A stretch of DNA of 64,000 nt from the NCBI GenBank assembly GCA_016926185.1, contig JAFGPD010000042.1:1985-65984 (forward strand), given 5' to 3'. The first letter of the stretch is position 1. Every line of letters starts with the position of its first letter. Made by a program: the position numbers and the translations under genes. This stretch comes from Candidatus Woesebacteria bacterium. GTDB lineage: Bacteria; Patescibacteriota; Microgenomatia; UBA8517. The notes beneath the pieces are model-generated. The model was not told the DNA's origin and did not search any database. It saw only the letters and a list, made by a program, of their open reading frames with translations. This document shows positions 7,919 to 16,415 of the stretch, piece after piece.

Positions 7919-10609
7919 ATGTCGATCAATTCTTCCAGCAGTCCAAGGGCTCTAATCATTTCTGGTGAAACAGTTTTGCAAAAAGCTGTTGCCAGCCAAC
8001 TGGAGAATTTGCAATGTTTTGTGGAATGCAAAGATCATTCAGAAAGTTTTGATGAGATCATCGATTTTTCAACTGATGAAACTGAACGGAAGAATATTTA
8101 TGGACAAATATATTTTATTTGGATAATGGGGAATTTAGGTTTGATCAAAGAAGATATTTTTGATTTTAAACTTGCGAGGAAAAGCTTATTAGAAAATCTC
8201 AAACGATTGAAGGATTCAAATTCCAGATGCATTTTTATCTTTCCTTATGTTGAAAAAAAAGATAACTTTACAAAAACAAGTGAACTTATATCAATATTAA
8301 GACAATCAGGGTTTGAAAAGGATATTTTGGTAGTTGGAGATGTTTGTGTGCAGGAAGATATGAAAAATTTCGCCAGCGGAATAGCATTGAAAAGTCTCTA
8401 TCGACAATACTATCCAATTGATATCAAAGAACTTAGTCGTGAGATAGTAAAAAACCTTTTCTCACTCTCTGAAAAAAAACCCAGAGCATTGATATCTAAA
8501 AGATTCGGAAAATTGGATACTAAAAAACTTTTTGAGAAAAACAATTTATTAATGCCTGAAAATGAGTTTATGTCCGATTACAAAAAAAGGAGAATTAAAT
8601 CAAAAAAATATCTTAACCAAAACCAGAAAGAGCTGATAGAAGGCATGGAACATATTTTAAAAAATATAAAAAGTAAGACTATACAAAAAGAGATAAATGC
8701 CAATAAACAAGACACAAGTTCTGAAGAAAGTTCCAGTACAAAACTGAGTAGTCTAAGTCAAGAGCAAATTTTTTTAGCAGAAAAATTAAATGACGATAAA
8801 GACAGGATTTTGGCTCAAACAAATAAAAATCACATTAACATAAACGAATTATTGAAAAACATAAAATTCAAAAAGAAAATCAAAAAAAATAAACGAATAA
8901 GCAAAGATTTCTTACATAAAATAAAATTTATTTTCCTTGTATTTATTTTATTTCTAGTATTTATATTTTTTTCTCCGATAATTTTTCTAAAAGTATCAGA
9001 AAGATTGATTGTAGTTAACGATATTAATGATCTAAACAATGACACAGGGTCAAAAAACAGACTTTTGATAAGTAAACCATTATTGAACGTATCACAAAAT
9101 CAATTAAATATTTTATCGAGGTTAAATATTTTGGAAAAAATTTATACTGATCCTAGAGAAAGGATATTCCTCTTGCAAAAACAAAGAAATTATCTTCAGG
9201 ATATAATCTCTTTCCGGCAGCGATCTGATATCTTTCTACAGAGTATTCTTAGAGAAGGTGTTTCCGAGTCAACGATAAGAGATCTATATCTGAGACTTAA
9301 TGAAATATCTGAGGATGGTGCATTTCTTACAGGAGAATTGGAAGATTATAATAAAAAATTCAGTTCTGAAAGAACCATTGATGAACTGAGTGCAAACATT
9401 GACGATTTCAGAAAAAGAACTTTTTATGTTGGTGAATTCTTATCTTCTTCTGTAGAAATCTTTGGTTTTGGTGAAGAAAAGAAGTATTTGCTGGTATATG
9501 CAGACGACAATATTGTCAGGCCAAACGGTGGAAAAATAAAAGAGATCGGAATAGTAAAAATGAGTAGTGGTAAAGTTGATGACATCACTATTTTCGAAAG
9601 CAAACAAATTGACAATAAAATGAAAGGGTATATTGTCGCTCCAAAAACCCTTTATGATCTGCTAGATACCGAGAGTTGGAGCATTGAAGATTCAAACTGG
9701 TCTACAAGCTATGATGAAGCAGCTGAAAGGATCAGTCTATTTTTACAAAATAGTGTTGATGATGATGTTGACGGTGTAATAACTATAAACGGTGAATTCT
9801 TGCAAGATTATATCCAGTTGTATTTGAAGAATCTTAATGGAAATAATAATTCAATTTATTCAGACTTTGCCAATATGAAAGATACAGATATATTGAAGAG
9901 GTTTATTAATTTATTACAATCCATGCCAATTACGAACGGATCATTAACAGAATTTTTAAGTGATCAGATCAATGAGAAAAATTTGCTTATAGAATTTTTT
10001 GATTTTGACGTCAGTCGCTTAGGCTGGAATGACAGCTATGATCATAGAAGCTGTCAAGACAGCTGTTTTGATGATTTTATAAAAATTAGCGAATTTGAAC
10101 TTTCGGGGTCGTCTGATGCAGAAGTGACAAGAATGGGATCTTTATTAGTCTCTTTAGAGAGTGGTCTGGTCAAAAGGAAATATATGCTCACTTTTTTCAA
10201 CACGAGTGATGAGGAATACAAAAGTTATATAAGATTATCTGTTCCACAGGAGTCTGGGTTTGCTCCGGTTACAATGATTGACAGCGATAGCCAATCGGAA
10301 AAGTTATTAAATATCAGTGCAGAAAAAGGACGGAAGGAAGCAGGGATTATAATTGATGTTGATCCTGGTGAGAACAAAAGCTTGATATTTAACTGGGAAG
10401 GAGGTTTACCCTCTGAACATGAAAGTTATCAGATGAGATTATTAAAACAACCTGGCACGGGAACAGTTGATACTAATGTAAAGATGCTATACTCAAATAA
10501 GGCTAAAACGATGACAAAAGGGAACGATTTCTTGACCAAGAGGGAAAGCTTGCTATATAATTCTACACTGTTGACTGATGAGATCATTCAGTTAGACCTA
10601 AATAAGTAA
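7919..10609 (+). CDS. Large membrane-anchored DUF4012-like protein with an N-terminal cytoplasmic domain
   Basis: Central TM helix followed by KKYLLVY..RPNGG, DSNWS, DGVI and KQPG motifs typical of DUF4012 proteins. Confidence 0.65.
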   Translation: MSINSSSSPRALIISGETVLQKAVASQLENLQCFVECKDHSESFDEIIDFSTDETERKNIYGQIYFIWIMGNLGLIKEDIFDFKLARKSLLENLKRLKDSNSRCIFIFPYVEKKDNFTKTSELISILRQSGFEKDILVVGDVCVQEDMKNFASGIALKSLYRQYYPIDIKELSREIVKNLFSLSEKKPRALISKRFGKLDTKKLFEKNNLLMPENEFMSDYKKRRIKSKKYLNQNQKELIEGMEHILKNIKSKTIQKEINANKQDTSSEESSSTKLSSLSQEQIFLAEKLNDDKDRILAQTNKNHININELLKNIKFKKKIKKNKRISKDFLHKIKFIFLVFILFLVFIFFSPIIFLKVSERLIVVNDINDLNNDTGSKNRLLISKPLLNVSQNQLNILSRLNILEKIYTDPRERIFLLQKQRNYLQDIISFRQRSDIFLQSILREGVSESTIRDLYLRLNEISEDGAFLTGELEDYNKKFSSERTIDELSANIDDFRKRTFYVGEFLSSSVEIFGFGEEKKYLLVYADDNIVRPNGGKIKEIGIVKMSSGKVDDITIFESKQIDNKMKGYIVAPKTLYDLLDTESWSIEDSNWSTSYDEAAERISLFLQNSVDDDVDGVITINGEFLQDYIQLYLKNLNGNNNSIYSDFANMKDTDILKRFINLLQSMPITNGSLTEFLSDQINEKNLLIEFFDFDVSRLGWNDSYDHRSCQDSCFDDFIKISEFELSGSSDAEVTRMGSLLVSLESGLVKRKYMLTFFNTSDEEYKSYIRLSVPQESGFAPVTMIDSDSQSEKLLNISAEKGRKEAGIIIDVDPGENKSLIFNWEGGLPSEHESYQMRLLKQPGTGTVDTNVKMLYSNKAKTMTKGNDFLTKRESLLYNSTLLTDEIIQLDLNK

Positions 10610-10612
10610 TGT

Positions 10613-11320
10613 ATGGATAAAGTAAGTCTCAAAGCGGAAAAAAGAAAGCTTACAGGAAGAAAAGTAAAAAAACTTCGTGAAGAGGGTATTTTGCCAGGAA
10701 ATATTTATGGAAAGAAGTTCAAGTCGGAAACTATTCAACTTGACAAAAAAGAATTTGGAGAAGTATTCAATAAGGCAGGGGAAACTAGTTTGGTAGAAAT
10801 TTCAATTGATAAAGATAAGCACTTGACTCTTATTAAAAATATTCAAAAAAACCCAGTCTCAGGTGATCTTATTCATGTAGACTTTCTAAAAGTTTCACTT
10901 AAGGAAAAGGTTACAGCTATGATCCCATTGGAGCTGTTGGGTGATGCACCCGCTGAAAAACAAGGTGTGGGAACTATTGTCCAATATATTGACGAAATAG
11001 AAGTTGAAGCTCTTCCTACAGATCTTCCTGAAAAGTTTGTTTTAAGTGTCGAAGACCTTAAGGATGTAGATCAACAACTTAAGATAAGTGACCTTGATGT
11101 TGACAAGGATAAGATAACTATTAATCATGAACCTGATCAAATTCTTGTGAGAGTTGAAGAGGTTTCTGAGGAAGAGATAGTTGAACCAACTTCAGCAGAA
11201 GGGGAATTGGCTGAGGGTGAAAAACCAGAAGGAGAGTCCGTAGAAGGTCAAGAAGAAGAGGTTAAAAAAGGTGAAGGACCTGCACAGTCAGGAAAAGAAG
11301 AATCTCCATCAGAAAAGTAG
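10613..11320 (+). CDS. rplY: 50S ribosomal protein L25/Ctc (long form)
   Basis: LREEGILPGNIYG, IHVDF and EVEALPTDLPE motifs; acidic tail. Confidence 0.95.
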   Translation: MDKVSLKAEKRKLTGRKVKKLREEGILPGNIYGKKFKSETIQLDKKEFGEVFNKAGETSLVEISIDKDKHLTLIKNIQKNPVSGDLIHVDFLKVSLKEKVTAMIPLELLGDAPAEKQGVGTIVQYIDEIEVEALPTDLPEKFVLSVEDLKDVDQQLKISDLDVDKDKITINHEPDQILVRVEEVSEEEIVEPTSAEGELAEGEKPEGESVEGQEEEVKKGEGPAQSGKEESPSEK

Positions 11321-11323
11321 TTT

Positions 11324-11764
11324 CTACAGACCAAGTTCTGTTTCTGTGTCCTTAACTTTATTAAGATTTGGATTTATATCCTTTGCTTTTTCGAGATATC
11401 TTATTGCTTTTTGAATGTTTCCCGTTTCGTATTCAATTTTCGTAAGTTCTAACCAGCCATCGATATAGTTGGGATTCTCTTTCATATATGATGTCCAAAA
11501 AGACCTTTCTTTCTCCATAGAATTTTGCGTATTCATACCTAGAGTTTGTGTTTGCTGTTTGGGGGGTTGCGGAACTTCTCTCTCAAAATTGACAGAAACA
11601 AATGCGATGAGAACGTAAGAAGAGGCAAGAAGTGTCAAACTTATATTTTTACTTTTAGCACCTTTTTCTAATACAAAAAATCTTAAGATCTTATTATACT
11701 TTTTGATTATTGAATTTTTAATATTCCTTAGACCGTTATTTAATGTCTGATTTTGTTTTGCCAT
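11324..11764 (-). CDS. Membrane-anchored TPR protein
   Basis: One TM helix and a C-terminal TPR-like segment (NPNYIDGWLELTKIEYETGNIQKAIRYLEKAKDINPN). Confidence 0.7.
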   Translation of the reverse strand: MAKQNQTLNNGLRNIKNSIIKKYNKILRFFVLEKGAKSKNISLTLLASSYVLIAFVSVNFEREVPQPPKQQTQTLGMNTQNSMEKERSFWTSYMKENPNYIDGWLELTKIEYETGNIQKAIRYLEKAKDINPNLNKVKDTETELGL

Positions 11765-11799
11765 GATTTGAAATTGAAATTGCTTGTATAATTAATAGT

Positions 11800-12081
11800 A
11801 TGGATAATAATCAAAATGTCAATCAAGAGCAAAAAGAAAACTTTGCTGGTGTAACTACAGGAACTGATAGAAGTAATTTCAGCAATAAAGAGGTTGTTTA
11901 TCAAAGCAAAAATAACAGTATGAATTTGGAAAATGAACAAAAGATAGAAAAAATACCGGAAATTAGCGAGCCGGAGGATAGTTATAATGCAGGGAATAAG
12001 TCCGATGTGGTCTATAAGATATCAATATTATTTTTAGTATTATCAATTGTAGGGCTATTTATTTATATTTTTATTCGGTAG
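11800..12081 (+). CDS. Small hypothetical protein with a C-terminal TM anchor
   Basis: Low-complexity N/Q/E-rich N-terminus and C-terminal hydrophobic helix; TATAAT 7 nt upstream. Confidence 0.55.
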   Translation: MDNNQNVNQEQKENFAGVTTGTDRSNFSNKEVVYQSKNNSMNLENEQKIEKIPEISEPEDSYNAGNKSDVVYKISILFLVLSIVGLFIYIFIR

Positions 12082-14340
12082 TGTCTGTAAGGATGGCCAA
12101 GAGGAGATAATTAATGGCTTATCGCTGCTTTTAAAAATATTTTGCCATATCGCTTCTGTGACAAAAGGCATAAAGGGATGAAGTAATTTCAAGCTATTGA
12201 GATATATATGTCTAAAGATAGACAGAGCGATTTCTTTATCATTTCGGTCTTTGATGCTTTCCAAATAGTTTGATGCAAGCTCGTCCCACATAAAGTGATA
12301 GATCGTTTCAGAAGCTTCTGCAAAACGATATTTTTCAAGTGAATTATTAACTTTTTTAATTGTTTTTTCCAGGGACATAATTATATCTTTGTCTTGTTTT
12401 TTGAGTTTGCTTTCAAGAGTCTTTGAGTAGATGGGAATATTTTTGTTTGATTCTTCTATCATTAGATTCATAAACCTTGCCATGTTCCAGATCTTATTGG
12501 CAAAATTCCGGTAGGCTAGGATTTTGTCCTTCGGGAAATTAAAATCTTTTCCATTGGCAGTCCCACTTATTAATCCAACCCTTAATGCATCTGCGCCATA
12601 TTTTTCAAGATATTCATCAGGGCTGATTACGTTACCTAGAGATTTGCTCATTTTCCTACCATCCATTGCCCTTACAAGTCCATGCAGATAAATATCTTTA
12701 AATGGGGCTTTGCCTGTCAGATATATCCCAAACATTAACATTCTTGATACCCAGAAGGGTAAGATTTCCCAGCCTGTTTCAAGTACATCTGTTGGGTAGA
12801 AATATTGAAAATCTTTACTATCAGGATACCCAAGAGTAGTAAGAGGCCACTGTCCTGAAGAGAACCAGGTATCAAAAGTGTCAGTCTCCTGTAAATATCT
12901 TTCACCAGGTTTTTCAGTTGAGATCTTATATACTGCACCTTTCGGAGCAAGGAGTGTCTGAAGACCTTTTTCAATCTCTGCCAGTGAATATTCTTTCAGC
13001 AGATTCCCGACGGTTCCGGTGATCGTCTCTTTTTGTTTTGAAAGAAAAGTGATCTTAAGGTTTTTATTTTCATCAACGTCGTACCATGCCGGGATCCTGA
13101 TCCCCCAGACAACCTGACGGCTAATTGGCCAATCATGCATATCTTTCATCCACTTGTGATACTTTTTCTCCTGCCATTTTGGGTAGATCTTTACTTGTCC
13201 CTTTTTAACGACTTCATGCGCCGGTTTTTTTAATGGATCGACTTTTATAAACCAATTGGGCAATATTGTAGGTTCAATATCATGTCCACCCTTGTAACAG
13301 ACAGAAACGGTATGTTGATAATCTTCATCGATCTTTTCAACAAGTCCTTTTTGCTTAAGGATATCTATCGTTTTTTCTCGTGCGTTGATCACTTTTTGCC
13401 CTTCGAGATCTTCCGACTTTTCGTTAAGTCTTCCGTCAAGATTTAATAGGGAAATGATCTTTAAGCCATGTTTTTTTGCGACCTCAAAGTCGTTTTTATC
13501 ATGAGCAGGAGTTATTTTGACTACACCAGTTCCGAATTCCATATCAACGAATTCATCTTCAATAATCTCCATCTTTTTACCTGTAAGGGGATTCTGGAAC
13601 TTGAAAGAAAGAAGCTGCCTCTTATGTTTATCTTTCGGGTTGATGGCAAGATGAGTATCTACAAAGATAGTTTCGGGCCTGACTGTTGCAACAACAACAT
13701 GATCTTTGCCTTTGAACTTTTTATTGTCAGATATTGGGAATTTCACATAAACAAGAGGGTCTTTTCTTTTTATATGTTTGACCTCCAGATCTGCAAAAGT
13801 TGTTCCGCAATTAGGACAATAGTTGACCATATAATCATCCCGGTAGACTAACTTATCTTTATGGAGTTTTTTGAAAGTGTCTGTGACGATCTTTATTACT
13901 TTATTATCCAGCATGAAGGTATATTTGTCCCAGTCGACACTTGCACCCATTTGCTTGATCTGATCATTAATGAGTTCCCGGTTTTCTATCACAAAATCCC
14001 AGATGTTTTTGTATAAGCTCTGTCTGTCAAAATCCATCCTGCTTTTACCATTTTTGCGAAGTTCTCGCTCGAAAGTTATTTGGGTTTCAAAGCCAGCATG
14101 ATCAGTTCCAGGGGTCCAGAGAGTAGAGAAGCCCTGCATTCTTTTCCATCGGATCAGAAGGTCTTCAATGGCGATCATTAAAACGTTACCGATATGCATT
14201 TTTCCTGAAGCGTTTGGCGGTGGGAGAAGTATTGTATAAGGTTTTTTACTTTTATCAACTTTTGCCTTAAAAGCACCACTTTCTTCCCAAAGAGAATAAA
14301 TTTTACTTTCCCATTTTTGATGGTCGTATCTTTTTTCCAT
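12055..14340 (-). CDS. valS: Valine--tRNA ligase (short form)
   Basis: Motifs PPPNASGKMHIGN, GTDHAG, DWPISRQ, DTWFSSGQWP and KMSKS. Confidence 0.95.
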   Translation of the reverse strand: MEKRYDHQKWESKIYSLWEESGAFKAKVDKSKKPYTILLPPPNASGKMHIGNVLMIAIEDLLIRWKRMQGFSTLWTPGTDHAGFETQITFERELRKNGKSRMDFDRQSLYKNIWDFVIENRELINDQIKQMGASVDWDKYTFMLDNKVIKIVTDTFKKLHKDKLVYRDDYMVNYCPNCGTTFADLEVKHIKRKDPLVYVKFPISDNKKFKGKDHVVVATVRPETIFVDTHLAINPKDKHKRQLLSFKFQNPLTGKKMEIIEDEFVDMEFGTGVVKITPAHDKNDFEVAKKHGLKIISLLNLDGRLNEKSEDLEGQKVINAREKTIDILKQKGLVEKIDEDYQHTVSVCYKGGHDIEPTILPNWFIKVDPLKKPAHEVVKKGQVKIYPKWQEKKYHKWMKDMHDWPISRQVVWGIRIPAWYDVDENKNLKITFLSKQKETITGTVGNLLKEYSLAEIEKGLQTLLAPKGAVYKISTEKPGERYLQETDTFDTWFSSGQWPLTTLGYPDSKDFQYFYPTDVLETGWEILPFWVSRMLMFGIYLTGKAPFKDIYLHGLVRAMDGRKMSKSLGNVISPDEYLEKYGADALRVGLISGTANGKDFNFPKDKILAYRNFANKIWNMARFMNLMIEESNKNIPIYSKTLESKLKKQDKDIIMSLEKTIKKVNNSLEKYRFAEASETIYHFMWDELASNYLESIKDRNDKEIALSIFRHIYLNSLKLLHPFMPFVTEAIWQNIFKSSDKPLIISSWPSLQTLPNKNINK

Positions 14341-14356
14341 TGTTTGATTCCAAAAG

Positions 14357-14385
14357 ACCCTCCTTCACTAAGGTTTCGGAAGGGT
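14357..14385. repeat. Palindromic REP-like element (28-bp family), intergenic copy
   Basis: ACCCTCC TTC ACT AA GGT TTC GGAAGGGT; same architecture as the copies at 25799, 25832, 39276, 39836 and 40905. Confidence 0.7.
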
Positions 14386-14411
14386 TGTGCTATTTATTAA
14401 TTTAATATTAC

Positions 14412-14572
14412 ACAAAAAACCTCTCTTTTTTGAGAGGTTCTACTTGGTTAGAAAAGTAGAAGGTACCAACCTTCTCTGTACTTAATTCACTGCTATAACG
14501 GGCTTACCCGTGTGACTTGAGTTTCTTTTCGGTCACAAGCTTGCTTGGGGAATAACCAAGCTCGAACGCTTT
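14412..14572 (-). promoter_or_regulatory. T-box riboswitch leader of valS
   Basis: Minus strand: stem II GTGAC..GTCAC (14511-14537), CCGTTA stem IIA/B motif (14496-14501), antiterminator AGGT-TGGTACC-TTCTACT..AGTAGAACCT with the bulge at 14462-14468, overlapping an intrinsic terminator. Confidence 0.82.
14414..14439 (-). terminator. Intrinsic terminator of the T-box leader
   Basis: AACCTCTC-N6-GAGAGGTT hairpin followed by a U-tract on the minus strand. Confidence 0.8.
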
Positions 14573-14631
14573 GTGCTTATTATAACACAGCAGGAAACAA
14601 AGAAAGAAAATCAAAACCTTATATTTTCAAG

Positions 14632-15273
14632 TCAATTTTTAGAGATAGTGTCTAAAATATCATTAGCAGAAACATTTCCTTCTCTTAAGATCTTAATATT
14701 ATATTCAGAAAGATCAATTATTGTAGAGGGTTTATTTTCAGGGAGTGTGCCTGCATCTAAGATCAAGTCAACTTTTGATACATCCAAAACATTTTTAACA
14801 TCACTAATAGAATAAGGAGTTTGTTCTCCCGTACGATTTGCAGACGGTGTGGTGTAGGGAAGATGCAAACATCCACTAAGAGATTGAGTGGTCAAGTTGT
14901 CAGGGATCTTGACTCCCAGTGTACTTAGACCTCCGGTTAGAATTCCAGGAATAGGGGAGCATGGTCTTTTTTTCAAGATCATTGTTAACGGACCTGGTAA
15001 GAGTTTTTCAAAAAGTGTTTTAGAGGTCTTGTTTGGTATTGTAAGTTTTCGTATCATATCCCAATCCCTTACTACGACATGAGTGGGTTTGTCAGTCCGT
15101 CTGTTTTTTAGCCGGTAAAGTTTTTTTATAGCCTTTTGGTCATAAGCATTGACGGCAATCCCGTAAGCGGTGTCAGTGGGATAGATAACCAGCCCGCCGC
15201 GTTTTATTGCATTTACAGCTTTTTCAATTGCTTTTGGATTGGGGTTTTTGTGGTTGATTTTAATTAACTCCAT
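14632..15273 (-). CDS. tsaC: L-threonylcarbamoyladenylate synthase (Sua5/YrdC)
   Basis: Motifs YPTDTAYG, LKNR, PGPLT, TPSAN and PSTIID. Confidence 0.93.
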   Translation of the reverse strand: MELIKINHKNPNPKAIEKAVNAIKRGGLVIYPTDTAYGIAVNAYDQKAIKKLYRLKNRRTDKPTHVVVRDWDMIRKLTIPNKTSKTLFEKLLPGPLTMILKKRPCSPIPGILTGGLSTLGVKIPDNLTTQSLSGCLHLPYTTPSANRTGEQTPYSISDVKNVLDVSKVDLILDAGTLPENKPSTIIDLSEYNIKILREGNVSANDILDTISKN

Positions 15274-15279
15274 AAATTA

Positions 15280-16371
15280 CTAGAGGTCTAATATTGTAGC
15301 GTCTGGTTTTGCATCGAGCTCTTTCCATGAGGAAGATTTTTTGCTGAAAAAGGCACGACTTGCAATAAAAGTTGCATTATCAGTGCTTAGACTGGGGTTG
15401 GGTACATGAAATACTATATCCGGGATTTCGACTTTGCTTCGATATCCTAATTTTTTACGAAGTCGCTCATTGGCGGATACACCGCCAGACAGTAACAATG
15501 AAACTGGTTTTAAGTTAACGCAGGCTTTAATTGTCTTTTCAACAAGAGAATCAACAATAGCTTCCTGGACTTCAGCTGCGATCTTGTTTAGATCAAACCC
15601 ACTACTTTTATTAAGATAGTTTTTAACAGAGGTCTTTAACCCTGAGAAACTAAAGTCATAATCATCACTTTCGATCATTGGTCTGGGAAAAAGATCCAGT
15701 TTTACATTCTTAGCAACGGAAAGGTATTTTTCAGCTTTTTCAGAGATTTCCGGACCTCCGGGGTATGGCAATCCTAAGATCCTTGCTATCTTATCGAATG
15801 CTTCGCCTGCAGCGTCATCTCGTGTGCTGCCAAGCACTTTAATATCATTGTGGTTTTTTATAAGCAAGAGTTGTGTATGACCGCCGCTTACAACTAGATT
15901 GATCGCTGGAAAAAGAGGGAGAGGGGTGTCGCCTTTGTGACTTCCTTTTTTATTGTTTTTAATGAAACTTCCATAGGCGTGAGCAATTATATGATTGACT
16001 GGAATTAGGGTTTTTGAATGCCTGTATGTAAGAGTTTTTGCAGTTTCCACTCCTACCAGAAGTGATCCAATAAGACCCGGTCCGTAAGTTACAGCTATAG
16101 CGTCGACATTGTCGCTCAGCGTTTTTGTTGCAGTTGCTTTTAATATTGGGTTGTTGTGATCCGGTGTGCCAAATGCCTTCAACAAACATTCTTGTATTAT
16201 CGGGATGATATATTCAACCTGTTTTCTTGCTGCCACTTCTGGGATTATTCCGCCTGTTTTTGCATGCAGATCACTAGAGCTTGCCACGCAACTTGATAGA
16301 ATTTTTGTTCCGTTTTCTACAATTGCAGCTGCAGTTTCATCACAACTTGTTTCAATGCCCAGAATTATCAT
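15280..16371 (-). CDS. tsaD: tRNA N6-adenosine threonylcarbamoyltransferase
   Basis: Motifs LGIETSCDET, GPGLIGSL, NHIIAH, VSGGHT, DDAAGEAFDK and FSFSGLK. Confidence 0.96.
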   Translation of the reverse strand: MIILGIETSCDETAAAIVENGTKILSSCVASSSDLHAKTGGIIPEVAARKQVEYIIPIIQECLLKAFGTPDHNNPILKATATKTLSDNVDAIAVTYGPGLIGSLLVGVETAKTLTYRHSKTLIPVNHIIAHAYGSFIKNNKKGSHKGDTPLPLFPAINLVVSGGHTQLLLIKNHNDIKVLGSTRDDAAGEAFDKIARILGLPYPGGPEISEKAEKYLSVAKNVKLDLFPRPMIESDDYDFSFSGLKTSVKNYLNKSSGFDLNKIAAEVQEAIVDSLVEKTIKACVNLKPVSLLLSGGVSANERLRKKLGYRSKVEIPDIVFHVPNPSLSTDNATFIASRAFFSKKSSSWKELDAKPDATILDL

Positions 16372-16415
16372 TTTTCATTACTAAATCTGCAGATCATATT
16401 ATATCTTCCAGTATT

